A DNA stretch of 64,000 bases from Epithemia pelagica (GCA_946965045.2 OX337229.1:2294001-2358000), one strand, 5' to 3'; counted from the first letter of the stretch, positions 1 through 13,735 are shown. Notes: generated from the sequence alone by a model not told the origin. Numbers and translations: made by a program.

Positions 1-41
1 TCAACAGATGCCATTTGGCAATGCAATGCCATGAAAACAAG

Positions 42-79
42 TGTGCCAAACTGTGCCAAACTGTGCCAAACTGTGCCAA
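42..79. repeat. 10-bp tandem repeat (TGTGCCAAAC) x~3.8
   Basis: Directly visible tandem units; an isolated TGTGCCAAAG recurs at 241. Confidence 0.9.
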
Positions 80-821
80 GCGACAAAAATGGTTCTCGGA
101 AATCGATTTCTAGATCCATACCTACTAGGATTGGGGCCGGGGGTGGTTGGCGCTCGAAAGAAGACCCTTTTGGGCTCAAGATTGAGCACCAGCATGTGGT
201 CATACGACCATTTTTGATGAAGTTACATGTAGCTAAAGTTTGTGCCAAAGGGGCACAAACCAGGCGTCCTGGGCACTTCCCCCTAGAAGGCACTAGGTAA
301 AGAACTCCCTGGAGCACAAAAGAAGAAAAAGATGTGAGCTCGTTATCTGATGTTGTATTGGGCCAGCTACGTACTAGTACTCTAACTATCCAGCATACAG
401 CATACACCAAGTTCAATGCCTAGAAGATACCCCTGAGGCACTAATCCCGACCATTTTTTTCCTCTACTTCTCACAATCTGTGAGATTACGGAATAGAAAT
501 CTGTTATCTGTTGTGTTTTTTGTGCGATTGGTTTTTGTGTGCTGCGTGCTTATTTTAGAATTTATCTTGCAAGAAGCGTCACTAGACCCACCTGATATTG
601 GATTGGGCCTCTTTGTGCTTGCCCCGTCCCGTGACTAGATATCTGGCAGTGTGAGGTTTTCCACTGAATTGGGGGACATATCCGAGGTAACCAATCCCAC
701 GGCCAACCCAATTCCCAGTCCCCGCGAGACTGTGTAATCCCCCATCCCGTATGTGATTGAACAATTAGGCCAACAGGCTGAAAAGAGGGCGATCCTTGCC
801 AGACCGGCTGGATATCGTTAG

Positions 822-2665
822 GGGGGCGAAGTTAAGGTAGTAAATCGTTCAGTCTCTGCATTCGTTGCCACTGTCACCACAGTCGACGAACGAAACATAA
901 ACCTTTCAGCGCCACAAAAGGTCTGGAGCCAATGGCACATCCGGTTTGGACATGCACCCTTCCGCGTCGTCCAGTTTGTTCTCCGCTCTGGTGTATTGTC
1001 GAATGATGAGTCGTCGCGACGACTCCACACTGCCGTCTGCAAACTGACAACTCCTCCGTTGTGTGCTGCTTGTCTTTATGGAAAACAAAAGACCAGGCAC
1101 TCCCCAGGACAGAAAACCGTCAAAATACAAGACAAAGAAGGAGCCCTGAAAAAGAACCACCTTTTTCCCGGTCAACAAGTTTCAGCAGACCACTTCATCT
1201 GCTCGACAAAAGGACGCCTCTACACATCAAAAGGCAAAACCAAAGAAGAAGCAATGCTTAGCGGTGGATGCATTTTCGTAGACCACGCAAGTGGATACAT
1301 TGACGTATCCATGCAAACTCACCTTAACACCCACCAAACACTAAAAGCAAAAACAGAATACAAACAACGATGTCAGAACCAAGGAGTGATCATTCAACAA
1401 TATCACACAGACAATGGCACCGCCTTCACCTCGAAGAAATACACCGAGCACCTGCAAGCCTTTCAGCAAGTAACAAGCTTTGCCGGTGTAGGCGCACACC
1501 ACCACAATGGCGTGGCAGAGCGCAGCATCCAAACCATCATGTCCATGACAAGGACCATGATGTTACACGCCGCCACCCATTGGCCCGAAGTTGCAGACCC
1601 AACTCTTTGGCCCATGGCCGTCGACCATGCTGTTTTCATCTACAACCGACTCCCCAAGATTGAAACAGGAATTTCCCCCATCGACCTCTTCACCAAGACA
1701 AGATGGGAGCAACGCCGCTTCCACGATCTTCATGTCTGGGGTGCACCGGCATATGTTCTGAACAAAACAATACAATACGGTAAGAAATTACCACGATGGA
1801 AGCCAAGAAGTCAACGCTGCATGTTTGTTGGATTCTCCCAACAACATGCACTCACCGCTCCACTCGTACTTAACCTCGACACGGGCACAATCTCACCGCA
1901 ATACCACGTTGTCTTCGACGACTGGTTTGCAACAGTGGCAGCAACCAACAAAAACTCCCACTCACCACATGAAACAGTTGACCACATGAAACAGTTGACC
2001 AAATCTTCGCAAACATGGACAACATTCTGCACTCACCAGGATACGACGATCCATCAGCAGACGACGATTCTCCGAATGACACGCCCGAAGCCACTGCCTC
2101 CGAACTCACCAAAAACAAGATCTTTGAGGCCATGGAAAACGCGACCCCTCCTGTTCCACTGGAATACGACACCCCTGCCGTACCACCAACTTCAACCACG
2201 GCTGCCCCTCCCTTGCCCCACCCAGTCAGTACTCCACGTCCAGTGTCTACCCCACCCAGTGTTCCGTCGTCGCCAGCCGATGCTCCGCCGCGCATGTCGA
2301 CCAATCCTCCTCCCACCACTTTGGCTGCACCGCACAAAATCCCTCCCATTTCCATTGAAGATGATTGGACCATGCCCACGGAGCAGAGGAAGAGCACACC
2401 AACACAGGCTCCTACTGCCCCCAAATCACAACCACCTGAACACAAGCCACAGAGGGAGCCAACCAAACAGAGGGAGTCATCCAACCAGAGGGAGCATGCC
2501 TCTCCAGCCCCTCGTCGATCCGGCCAAAACCGACGTTCACCCAATCGTCTCGTCGAATCCATGGACCCCACACACAAGTCCTACCTTGCCCACGTCGATA
2601 CTCTTGACAACCTACCCTTTCAAGCCACAATTGGACTCTTCAAGGCAACCATCGTAGAGCGTTGA
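822..2665 (+). pseudogene. Copia integrase plus Pro/Thr-rich linker, frameshifted near 2010 and 2660
   Basis: Frame is open from 822 (QWHIRFGH...CAACLYGKQ; rve core; WGAPAYVL...LPRWKPRSQRCMFVG...SPQYHVVFDDWF). The linker continues in the 2015-2665 frame. Confidence 0.85.
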
Positions 2666-4242
2666 AAGATGCAGACCTTCTTCACTGGCGCAAGGCAGCA
2701 AAACAAGAAATTGATGAGCTAACAGAAAAAGAGACATGGATTGAAGAGCCACAGTCGGCTGCCAAAACCAAGATTCTACCAGGCATATGGGTTTTCAAAC
2801 GAAAACGCCACGCCGATGGAACAATCAAGAAGCACAAAGGACGCTACTGCGTGAGAGGCGACCTTCAAGAACAAGCACCAGACGCCTATTCACCAGTTGT
2901 AAATTGGGCAATCATCCGAATTTGCATGATCTACGCCCTAAGTCAACAATGGGTAATGGTATGCATAAACTTCAGCAATGCCTTCGTCCAGGCAAAACTT
3001 AAGGAACCCATCTGGATCCACATACCACCTGGTTTCAAGTCAACAAGCTCAGAACCCACCTGCCTACGTCTACTGAAGAGTCTCTACGGTTTGACCATTG
3101 CCCCTAGATTATGGTTTGAAAAACTCATTGAAGCTCTTTTGGAAGATGGTTTCAAGAAAAGCGACTATGATGAATGTTTCTTCATGAAACCAGACATGCT
3201 TCTCTTTATTTGGGTGGATGATTGTGGCATCGTTGCACCCACCATGACTCTTGTGGATGCATTCATTGAACGACTGAAAACAAAAGGTTTCGAATTGTCC
3301 AAAGACTCCGATTTCGCAGAATACCTGGAAATCGATTTCAAGCGGAACAAGGACGAGATTGTAATGACTCAACCCGGCTTAATCAAGCGCATCCTCCAAA
3401 CCACAAAGATGGAAGACTGCAACGGAAATTGGACCCCTGCAGCGCAGATTGGATTGGGAAGTGATCCCAATGGACCTCCCATGAAAGACAATTGGAACTA
3501 TCGGTCAGTGGTTGGTATGTTGTTGTATCTCTCCACCAACACACGGCCAGATATAACGTTTGCCGTGAGCCAAGTGGCACGTTTTTCCAATGATCCAAAA
3601 CAATCGCACGCTCAAGCCGTCAAAGCCATCATCCGATATCTCTCACGGACCATCGACAACGGCACCATCTTTCGCCCAAGCAAAGATTATCGGCTTGATT
3701 GTTATGTCGATGCAGACTTCATGGGTCTGCACGGCCGAGAACCAGAAGATGATCCAACAAGCGCCAAGTCCCGAACTGGGTATATCATCTTCTTTGGGGG
3801 AAGTCCTCTGGTTTGGAAATCTCAATTGCAAAGCGAAATTGCAACAAGCATCTTTCATTCCGAATACGTGGCTCTGTCCCAAGCCATGCGAGTTATAGTC
3901 TGGTTGCAAGAAGTCTTGAACGAGTTAAACTCTTGTGTGAGAATCAATCCAAGTGTGCCACGGATTACCGCAGAAGTCCATGAGGACAACAATAGTGCTT
4001 ACCTTGTGGCCACCAACCAACGCCTCACCTCTCGATCTCTCTCGCTAAACAACAAGTGGCACTGGTTTTGGTCCCAGGTGAAAGCCACAAACGCAACCAT
4101 CGTGTCCTCGAAATCCAATATGGAAGATCGAACGATTACGATTTCCAAGATTGACACCAAGTTGCAACGGGCCGACATCCTCACGAAAGGTCTGGCTCGA
4201 GAAACTTTTGAGACCATCCGAAAACTGAATCAAGGATGGTGA
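2662..4242 (+). CDS. pol: Copia reverse transcriptase-RNase H (part of a broken pol)
   Basis: HKGRYCVRGDLQ, LKSLYGL, WVDDCG, YRSVVGMLLYL, RPDITFAV, CYVDADF, EDNNSA, ADILTKGL motifs. Confidence 0.92.
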   Translation: MKDADLLHWRKAAKQEIDELTEKETWIEEPQSAAKTKILPGIWVFKRKRHADGTIKKHKGRYCVRGDLQEQAPDAYSPVVNWAIIRICMIYALSQQWVMVCINFSNAFVQAKLKEPIWIHIPPGFKSTSSEPTCLRLLKSLYGLTIAPRLWFEKLIEALLEDGFKKSDYDECFFMKPDMLLFIWVDDCGIVAPTMTLVDAFIERLKTKGFELSKDSDFAEYLEIDFKRNKDEIVMTQPGLIKRILQTTKMEDCNGNWTPAAQIGLGSDPNGPPMKDNWNYRSVVGMLLYLSTNTRPDITFAVSQVARFSNDPKQSHAQAVKAIIRYLSRTIDNGTIFRPSKDYRLDCYVDADFMGLHGREPEDDPTSAKSRTGYIIFFGGSPLVWKSQLQSEIATSIFHSEYVALSQAMRVIVWLQEVLNELNSCVRINPSVPRITAEVHEDNNSAYLVATNQRLTSRSLSLNNKWHWFWSQVKATNATIVSSKSNMEDRTITISKIDTKLQRADILTKGLARETFETIRKLNQGW

Positions 4243-4260
4243 CCTGCGACACCAAGCCCA

Positions 4261-4270
4261 AGAGGGAGAG
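4261..4270 (+). promoter_or_regulatory. Polypurine tract of copia C; putative 3' LTR follows from 4271, end undetermined
   Basis: AGAGGGAGAG lies 18 nt after the pol stop. The same tract recurs after the related RNase H fragment at about 61681-61691 (minus strand). Confidence 0.65.
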
Positions 4271-5740
4271 TCGCAGTTTATGTTTTTAGCACCAGTCGCA
4301 TTTTCCAAATTTGTATTTGTGTTTTGAAACATTGAATTTGCACGACTGGCAGTTTGTGCTGCATGACCCAATGATATAAGCCTACTTGTCGGAATCCGCG
4401 CATGTATAACGCGCAGGATGGGCTTTTGGCGCCACAGAACGCCGGGCCATTCGCCGTTTGTGTCTACGACACTCATGTTTTGCTAACTAACCTATGACAC
4501 AACAAACAACAAATGAGATAACTATCGTCCATTTGAATCAAGCTGTGCGTTGCAAGATAGCAGATCAATTCCTGGAAGCCAAAGCGAGGAATCAAAATGA
4601 GGAACTCAAGATCACTTTGTTTACTCTATAGCTTTAATCATAATATCGATACAGGAGTTTTTGCAACGCAAAAGACTTCTAGGTTGGTGTGGAGACTTGA
4701 TCAATCTCCACCCCGATTACGCGGTATTCCCCTAGCTATTGGTATACCTAGTGTATGCTAGTGACTCTCAGTGACGAAACGGCCCACAACTAAAATGGGG
4801 TTCCACCACTCACCAAACCAATTCGACAATCCCCTCGTCCTACTTTCAAGCGAGTAACCTTTCGCTCAGCCACTCCAATCTGTGAATTACAAAACATCTT
4901 TGTATCTACGTAACAATTATCCTTCGCCAATTGAGCGTCCTTTTCCATCGCCCGATCCTGGCCATCATCATCCTTCTCTCTTTTTCGTTTCCTACCCACA
5001 ATCTCATTTTCTGTTTCTCACGCTTTCTTGTCACATCTAAGGAGGGAAATGGGCCCTGGCGCTTGATTTCCACCCCCAAAAGCGAATTTCTAGAAAAAAT
5101 TTGCCGAATTAAAATTTTTTTGCGCAGTTTATTTTTATATGCGCAGTTTTTAACTATAATCCTGCTTTCCCAACTAGATCTGCAAATAGGTCTAACAATG
5201 CACATTTCTCTAGCTAGTTCTAGAGTTCGAGCTAACTATCACGCGCATGCAACAATTTTAATGTGCATTAGCCCGCGATCAAACCACGAATAACGCGCGC
5301 CGCACTCCGATAATGCGCACTGCAACTATCTGGCGCGCTCGACCTCCCCGAGACGCGCATGACGCAACCCTCATGCGCAAGCGTCTGTCCCCTCACCTTT
5401 GAATCACGAATTGCCACTCCCACCACATCACACAGCAGCTGCCAGAAAGACTGACGCACATGGATGTCCCAAAGAATGTCTCAGACATTCTCAACCGGAT
5501 CCTCCTTCCCAATCACCCAAACCGCGGGGATTACCAACTCGACACTCTGATCCATCGAAGGAAACCAAACAACCTAGCATACTAGTCATTCAACAATCAA
5601 CGACCACCAGAATCGATGCTCATTCATCTCCCTCCACCTCCACCCAACACACCACAACAAACAACAACAGCAGCAGCAGCAACAACAGCAATCGATCACC
5701 CAACGCTATCGAGATTCCCCTGTTCAATCCCATTATCTAT

Positions 5741-6470
5741 CCAGCTTCTTTCACCAACCTAACAGCTCTGCCATTCCAATCACGCTACAATTAAAGCGGC
5801 GTGGGGCATCTGTCATATTGTTGCTTGCTTCCTTTTCAGCCACCTTTTTGTTGCCTGCTTCCTCTCAGCCAAGATTCCATTTTCAATCCTTTCACCTAGT
5901 ACCAGCTTCTTTCACCAACCTAACAGCTCTGCCATTCCAATCACGCTACAATTAAAGCGGCGTGGGGCATCTGTCATATTGTTGCTTGCTTCCTTTTCAG
6001 CCACCTTTTTGTTGCTTGCTTCCTCTTCAGCCACCTTCACTCCAAAACCGCTGCACCAGAAGAAGAGGAAGAGGAACTCAAGAACGGCCAGAGCATTCGA
6101 GACATTGACACTTGCACTATCTTGTAGCTCTGTCATTCAAATCACGCTACAATGAAAGCGGCTTGGGGCATCTGTCTGATTGTTGCTTGCTTCCTTTCAG
6201 CCACGACCTTCACTCCAAAACCGCTACAACAGGAAAACAAGACGAAGAGGAACCCAAGAAGAACGACCACCAGAGGATTCGAAATATCGTCGACATTTGT
6301 CCTATCTTTGACACTTGCACTATCTTGCAGCTCTGCCATTCCAATCACCACGCTACAATTAAAGCGGCTTGGGTCATCTGTTTGATTGTTGCTTGTTTCA
6401 CTCAGCTCTGTCCTTCATTCCAATCACGCTATTACAATTAAAGCGGTTTCGGGCTCTCTGTTAGATTGTT
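5741..6470. repeat. Composite tandem array; core CAATCACGCTACAATTAAAGCGG x5
   Basis: Near-identical ~128-bp units at 5741 and 5902 (period 161). Diverged units lie near 6127, 6330 and 6410, and a second ~100-bp sub-unit repeats at about 6036 and 6209. Confidence 0.85.
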
Positions 6471-6920
6471 GGTTCTCTTGCAAGGAAGACTTCTTATCAA
6501 GAACCCTCCTGTCCTCGTGATACTCCGACTTGAATAGAACAGACCCAAAGCAAGCAGTGTGACACGGTGGTGGCCAGTTGCTTCTGTTCTATTCTTGTCG
6601 CAAGATTACTTGGACAACCAACCAACCCCTGGTTTTGGAGTAGCAAATTCTGGCACCGATTGTTGGATCACAACGAACAAGACGCTACATATAAGGCGCA
6701 TCGTAGTGTATTCCTTCGATTTGGTTGTTGTTTTGTTACCACCAGAGTTCAGGACCAAACCAAAGACGCGAAACAATTCAGCGCACACTTTTTACTGTTT
6801 AGACAAGTACACAAAGTTGTCTCAAAGACGCTACAATTATAGCGCTTCCTCGACTACCCTTGTTAGTGTTGTTGTTGAAACAAAGACGCTACACAAAAAG
6901 CGCATCATGACAAGTACAAA

Positions 6921-9900
6921 ATGGCGGGCAATCGCATCAAGGGCCCTCGCTACAAAAAGCCACCGACCGCCAAGAATCCTGATGACCCTTCTTCAATGAA
7001 TGATGAAGTGCAAAACAAAAGAAAGGATGAGTCGACTATGACTGTTTCTGTTACCAATCGTACACTTCGAACACACACAAGCGAGGAACCTCACTACACT
7101 GGTATTATACCCATTACCTACGAAAGTGTCCTCAATTGGTATGAAAGTTTTTTCCAAGACAAATCAGGAAAATGGACAACAGTGGAGGTACCATATGGCG
7201 GCCATTATGTGAAGATATTCCTACCAATCTGTTATTCGCCTGCATTCCAAGATATCATCTGTCACTCCGTTTGCTGTTTCACAAGAACTAAGAACGAGAT
7301 GGATGATGATGACAAATTGACTCCAATGGCTGCTCGACTGTTGTTTAAAAAGACTCTCTACAGTCATGTTTCCAATATTTGGAATCAGGTATTTGGGATG
7401 ACAGTGATAGACAGTGCTGAGAATCTGAGACAAACCATTATCAGATTTCTTTCCTCTCATTGCCTAGTCTCTAAGAAGACACGCAAGGGGGTCGGTGGGA
7501 TTGGAGAAGCATTGAAGCGATACCTTCTAGATGAATCCTCCCTTTACAGGAAACCGTGTCTCGTACCTTTTGGTAAAATTGCATGGGTTATCAAACATAT
7601 GGTGGCCATACACCGTTTCATCTCAGAATCGACATCGGCGGACGAGAACATGGGCGTGATTTCCAATATCCAAATGTAGAAAGCACTGTTGTATACGATG
7701 CCTGACACATGGTTCAAGATGTACCTTGAAGAAAGAGATTCTTTGGTACAATATGGAAGAAACGGAGACGATGGCGGTATGTTCTACGAACTACTGCATT
7801 ATATAGAAAAACAAGAATAACTGTCTGCCAGGAAATCGAAAGAAATTGCTGTGCAACGTCGGAGTACAGACTCGCCGGCAAGAAAGAGACAGAAGGTTGT
7901 CGCTGGTAATGATCCTACTGACGAGAGAAAGGAACAAGTACTACCAGATTCCATTACAACGACGAAACAAGTCGCCCTCAAATCAGACCGTGTGGAAGAG
8001 GTCAGGAAGATTATAAGTGATGACGATGAAAAAACCGCAGACGACGAGGTAAGATGTCCGAGCGACTTGCCAAGAATTGAGAAGGATTAGACAATCTCAA
8101 AAATGATTGATCTCTTTGTCTTAGAGACGTTGTACTTCCATAAACAAGGGAAATGAGGAGACAGGTGATGGTGTGGTACCACCGCCTTTTATTGAAATTT
8201 CACATGTACTTGATCCTATAGTAAACCAGAAAAGAAGAAGAAAAGACTCATGGGACTCGATTGAATCCATCGACAACATTGGTGACGATTACTTAGACAA
8301 GTTTGAGGAAAAACAAGCTGACAGAAACAACGAGAACATCAAGTCGGCGGGGAAGGACAACACGCATGTTGAAATCGAGACATGATTTACGTGCACACTG
8401 TGCATGTCTTACAGTGGGTTGATGAATGAACAGGACCCTACAACGCGTGTTTTGCATATCCCACATAGACATCGTCGGAGAGATCTTTGCTACAACACTT
8501 CAAGGACGGACATGCCGATTGAGTCTTTCTAAACTTGTTTGAAGTTGATGGTCCATCACAACCATCAGAACCTAGTATATGTTGACAAAGTAACATTTGA
8601 TGAAGCGAACAGGGACCCATTTCCTAAGAAAATTCCTTTGTCATCATGGAGACAACAGGAACCGAAAACACTGATATTGGCGATCGTTGCTTTGACAACA
8701 GCAACTGATGTCAGCGACCCAGCTCTATTGGCTTTCGAAATCAACAAAAAGATACTTCATATCTACGAACCAACAAATAATCGATCAGACCAATACTGGG
8801 AAGGAACAACGACGCATCATGTTCTACGGAAATGGGACCTGGGCAATACGTCAAAAGGTGCCCCGCCTGTCAGTCTATGTTATGACCCATCATTAGTGGA
8901 AGACGATGAAACGACACCTGATACAAACAACAAATGTAACAAGTGGCGATATCACATTGTGAAAATGCCAGAACCCAAGAAGGATACTCCGAAGCCAATG
9001 CCACAAGCTATTGTGATCAGAATGCTTGGAAACATAATGAGTAGTCGACCAAACCCGGGTCGGAAAGAAGGTCAGATAGACAAGAGTATGACAATATCCA
9101 ATTGTTTTTCGAGTAATCAAAAACGGTACAATAATGAATTTTCGAGAGGACTAGAGCATGCTGTTGGTGGCAATTCGATCTCTCCTTTGGTGTTGGGACC
9201 TGATAATTTCGATGGTAACAGCGACGACGATCCTGTTGAAGTGGGGTTTTCACGTGATACCGATAAATACGAATACCAGGAGAACGTCGATCTATCTGAT
9301 GGTGGGTGTTCAGAGACGTGGACTACGGATGGTGACATATTGTTTATACCGGCCCCGAAGGTGGGATTAGAACCCAAGGAGATGTTACTTGACACCAAAC
9401 TTTCCAAAAGAGATATAAATTGATTGCTACCGACCATTGTATATTGTCCAGATTCTTGCGAATGCTGTAACAGGGCATTGAAAACAGATACAGACAGCGA
9501 AGTCTGTACTCTCATCCCATGTGGACATCTGGTTCACGGAAATTGCTTACGGATACGGTTCAAGTATCATAATGTATGGTGTCCCCAGTGTGGACAAAAA
9601 TACACATGTTTGGTGCGGAGAAGATAGAGGGACACAAGAAAACAGCGGAAGACACTACAACTACGATTGAGGGACGCCCTGAAGAGGGACAAAAGAAGAC
9701 AGTCGATGACACTACAACTACAATTGAGGGACGCCCTGAAGAATCATAAAAAAAACCACCTGTGAGTAACAAGCCTTCAACACTTGAACACCAAACAGAA
9801 TCTTCCGTCGATGAACAAAGAGGAGTTGAGACGAAATACAAGCCCGAGGTTTGTTCGATTTGTATGACCAGAAAAGTGGATTGCGAACTGTTTCTTTGTA

Positions 9901-11394
9901 GACATACATTTTGTGGGGAATGTGTCGGAGATTGGATGCAGCGGGGCCACAACACATGTATGGTGTGCAGCCAGGATATTCAAAGTCTATTGTACTTCTG
10001 TCCTATGACACGTTCTGTTCAAAGAACATATACTCATCCTTCTGAACACAAAGCAATCTATCAGTCACCAGAGGGTGAGAAGCTTAAATACCAGCAATGG
10101 GGAGGAAATAACTCATCACGTTCCGTTGCAATGCCTGCGAATTGGGGTAACCCGAGTGAGCTGCCTGAAGAAAGACATAGAACAGAGCAAACCCAACATG
10201 ATAACGAAAGAACCAAGGACATGAGAGAGAATCCACATGGGCTTTGGGGAGGACGGAATCAAAACAACGTCCCTTCGACAACTCGAAGCCCCAGACCAAC
10301 TGAGTGGGGTTCGCAACCTGAACATGACAGGCCAGTGTATTGTCAGCATGGGCAGAATCGATTCAATGATGATCCAGGATCGAAAGGATCTAATACATCG
10401 GATTATCATGGGTCTCGTCATTCACATTTTGATCTTGATAACCAACAAAGTAGAAGAGGAGTCATTGAACGACAAGACCAACATGGATATTATGATAACC
10501 ACCAAGACGAGTCAAGAGGAAGAAGAGATCGAATCATGGAAAATAATTTCCGAGATAGAAAAAGAGGACATGATAATCACAATCAATGGTCTAATCGACA
10601 TCCGGTGGACTGGAGGAGATTCCCAGGATACAACGAACATTCGAGAGAACATACAAGGCACCATGAGGCATAAAGAGATAGCCACAATCAATGGTATAAT
10701 CGACATCCGATGGACTGGGAGAGATTCCCTGGACACAACGAACATTCCAGGCACCATTTGTCACATAGAGATAGTCATCCTGGACCCAACGATCATTCTA
10801 GGCGTACCCGTCAGAGGGAGCCTAGCCGTCCCTCAATTGATAGAGGTATCACCTCGTAGAGAGAGAAAAAAGGACATTCATCACACTACAGAGAGTCGTG
10901 GAGGACAGGATGGCCTATCCAAACTTGGTTGCAATTCCAAGGACAATCAGGAGAGGGATGATCCGAACAGACAGAGTGGTCAGAAAGCAACTTCCAGTCA
11001 CCAAGATGAACGTGGACAAGGAGAAGAGATACAAAGCAGAGATGGCAACGGTTCTACAGACAAACAAAAGGGCAAGGACTGTGGCAAGCAAGACATTGTT
11101 GCCTACGAACAACACGAAAATTCAGGAGATAACGGGTCTAAGATTGTCAACAACACACCTGACAGTGATAATCCGTCTAGCTGTCACAATGACAGTGTCA
11201 ATCAAGATGATGAGACACAAACCAAAGAAGGAAAGGATAGTACCGACAAACAGAAAGGTAGCAGCAAGAACGACGATGACCCAATGACAAAAAACGACCA
11301 TAACACGGGAAGTAACATCAACACGACAGCACAAGCGGATCAGCGCATACAAGACGACGAAGGAGATTCACGAGTCGCGGCCTATACACGGTAA
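6921..11394 (+). pseudogene. Long decayed coding region with RING zinc fingers (RING-H2 at 9457-9591, RING-HC at 9852-9968) and a low-complexity tail
   Basis: ORFs 6921-7679 and 7851-8090 share one frame separated by in-frame stops, as do 8173-8385, 8539-9423 and 9424-9627. Motifs: C-x2-C...C-x-H-x2-H-x2-C...C-x2-C and CSIC...CRHTFCGEC...CMVC. Confidence 0.6.
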
Positions 11395-11758
11395 TCACGA
11401 TGATACTGACAAACAGAATACTTCACCGGAAAGAAAAATAAAAGGATGTAAGGCCATTGGTTCATCCAGGGGACTACCCACGAACAAACAACGACGGCAA
11501 GAGGGCCTATCGAAGTTGACACTAACACATGAAACGATGAAGAAGTATAAGAGACGACAGGCTGAGAAACCTAGCCATTTGACGACAAAATTCTCCAAAC
11601 CAAATGAATCCGATCATACAGAAATGTGTTTTTTGGAACTCCTGGCACGGACAAGGTAGCAAAAAGACTATGCGACTTACTATCACTTTGTCTCAGTAGC
11701 AACGATGATCGGAGAATGTTCGGTATCTGCTATACAAAGGTTCTGAAAGACTACGACA

Positions 11759-11960
11759 TCACACCAACAGAATAGTGGTTTCATCGTCCATGACATCAAA
11801 ATACATCGGATCGGCATTCATATTACTGGCACAATCATCGTCATCATCGCCGACATTTGGCCATGTCCCTTGGGTGTTCATTTTCAATTCACAAACTGTT
11901 TCGTGACGGCTGATTCCTCTTGCATCGAAACGTGATTGACAGAAACGACACACTTGACAG
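11759..11960 (-). pseudogene. C2HC zinc-finger fragment followed by an acidic tract, resembling a transposase N-terminus
   Basis: CRFCQSRFDARGISRHETVC then DDDDD; no continuation found. Confidence 0.35.
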
Positions 11961-12427
11961 GATATAAAGGACTCCTCTTGTTGGATTGTATTCGAGCATC
12001 TCTTTCGCGATTTTTTTTTACTTTACGACGCTGGCCCATGGTGGTACGATGCTGGTGGTTTTAGATTTTGGTTTGGAATGAAAAATGCTCTATAATCGAT
12101 TTCTGCAAATTGGGACATCGGTGGTCAATCTTGTGGCATGTATCAGAATTTCTCTGCATTGGGTGGATCGGCCGACGTTGGTGCATAAAAGCGACCGAAA
12201 ATCATGTATGTACATGAACGGATCATAATATTTTCAAACGGTCGTGTGTATTTACTTAATCCAATCCAGCCTGCCGGGTTAGATACCAATGGTGATAGCA
12301 GTGATTGGAATTCAAACATCTTATACCGACGCTGTCGACATTCGAAAGGAAAACAAAGAAATTCCTTGGTTGTGGTTTGCACCTCCACCTCCACCCTCCT
12401 CCTTCTCTCTCTCATGGTTGAATCACC

Positions 12428-13687
12428 ATGGAGGAGTTTCGTCCGGCTTCCTTGTCTCCAGACTCTTCCTCTAATGAATCTACCCTCATGCCGACACCAG
12501 TTGGAGCTGAAGAAGGGGTTGAAGAGGGGGTTGAAGAAGAGCAAGTGGTAGATGACAATGAAGAAATTGATGTCTCGGCAGAGATGCAACGACTGGACGA
12601 GCTTCAATCCTCTCCAGGAGAAGGAAACTTGCCTATGAGGCGCCGTGAGTCTCCCCGTCTTGCAAAAAAGCGTGAGGATATCGCTGCTTCGGTCGCTGCG
12701 GCTATCAAGAAGTCCAAGCGCAGCAACAATCCAACTAACTTGAAGGCGACAACACAACCTGCGAGGACAACACAACCTGCGAAGACAAGTACCAAGACGA
12801 CCAAACCACCCCCTATGGCGGCAAACAAGAAACAAGGAGGAAATGGTGGGGCAGGGCGGAGCAAAGGACCAACCTACAAGAAAGGCGAAGTTGACTTTCT
12901 CTTAGATCTGTTAGAAGACCTGAAGCCAGCCTGTTCTGATGAATGGGACATCGTTACTCAAGAGTACAACAAGCAGTTTCCAGGTCGTGAACGAGACAGA
13001 CACTCGTTGCGACGAAAATTCAACACCTTACACAATAAGAAGGTACCGACAGGAAACCCTACAATGCCCGAGGATGTCGAAAGGGCCAAGATGGTCATTG
13101 GTTTGATCTGCGCAAAAGTTGATGCTAGGGGTGATGTTGATGAAGACGACCTTGGAATAGAAGAAGATGAAGAAGAAGAGGACGAACAACCTTCAAGGAT
13201 CCCGACGAACTTATTCAAGACTGGTGCCGCCGAAGCCACCAACATTACGGAGTCTTCTATTTCCACGGTACGTTCCCTTAAATCCGGACGAACTCCTCGT
13301 AGGAGGTCACCCAAACAAAAACAGACCAAAGAGCAGAAGGACCTCATGACCTGGCTCATCATGAGCATGAACAAAAAGCAGGAGAAGGACGACGAAGACA
13401 GGAAAGAGCGCGTAAAAGAGGCCCAGCAAAATGCAACGATGCAACAGCTGCTCTTCCAACAGATGTAGCAGCAAGCAACAATGGCCCAACAGCAGGCCAC
13501 ACTTGCGGCACAACAGCGCCAACAAGAACAACAACAGTTCATGATGTTTATGGCTGGTATGTTTGGAAAGAACGCCGACAACAATCAAAATTCAAAGAAG
13601 AAACGAAGCCGTGAAGAAGAAGAAGGAGAAAATGAGCACGATGACCATGGAGAACACAATGACTATCAAGATCATGAAGAAGTTTAA
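12428..13687 (+). pseudogene. Harbinger accessory Myb/SANT-like DNA-binding protein with a nonsense codon at 13466-13468
   Basis: GPTYKKGEVDFLLDLLE...SDEWDIV...RDRHSLRRKFNTL. The TAG lies in a poly-Q tract and the frame resumes to 13687. Confidence 0.7.
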
Positions 13688-13735
13688 GGACAACCATCGA
13701 ATAAAATTTAGTAAGAGTTCCATTAAAAGGATATT

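Larger units (their letters stand above)
822..4270 (+). mobile_element. 5'-truncated, frameshifted Ty1/copia (CoDi-like) LTR retrotransposon, 'copia C'
   Basis: Domain order GAG-pre-integrase (WHIRFGH), integrase (DHFIC, YHTDNG, HHNGVAER), RT, RNase H, followed by purine tract AGAGGGAGAG at 4261-4270. No 5' LTR or gag is seen. Confidence 0.9.

Noticed and set aside
4271-4780. Defined 3' LTR for copia C ending at GACTCTCA
   Set aside because: No partner LTR or TSD is available to fix the end.
5741-6470. CRISPR-like repeat array
   Set aside because: Units are long, nested and irregular with non-unique spacers; there are no cas genes and the context is eukaryotic.
12143-13584. Long minus-strand ORFs (230 aa, 208 aa)
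   Set aside because: Antisense shadows of the low-complexity Harbinger Myb gene.
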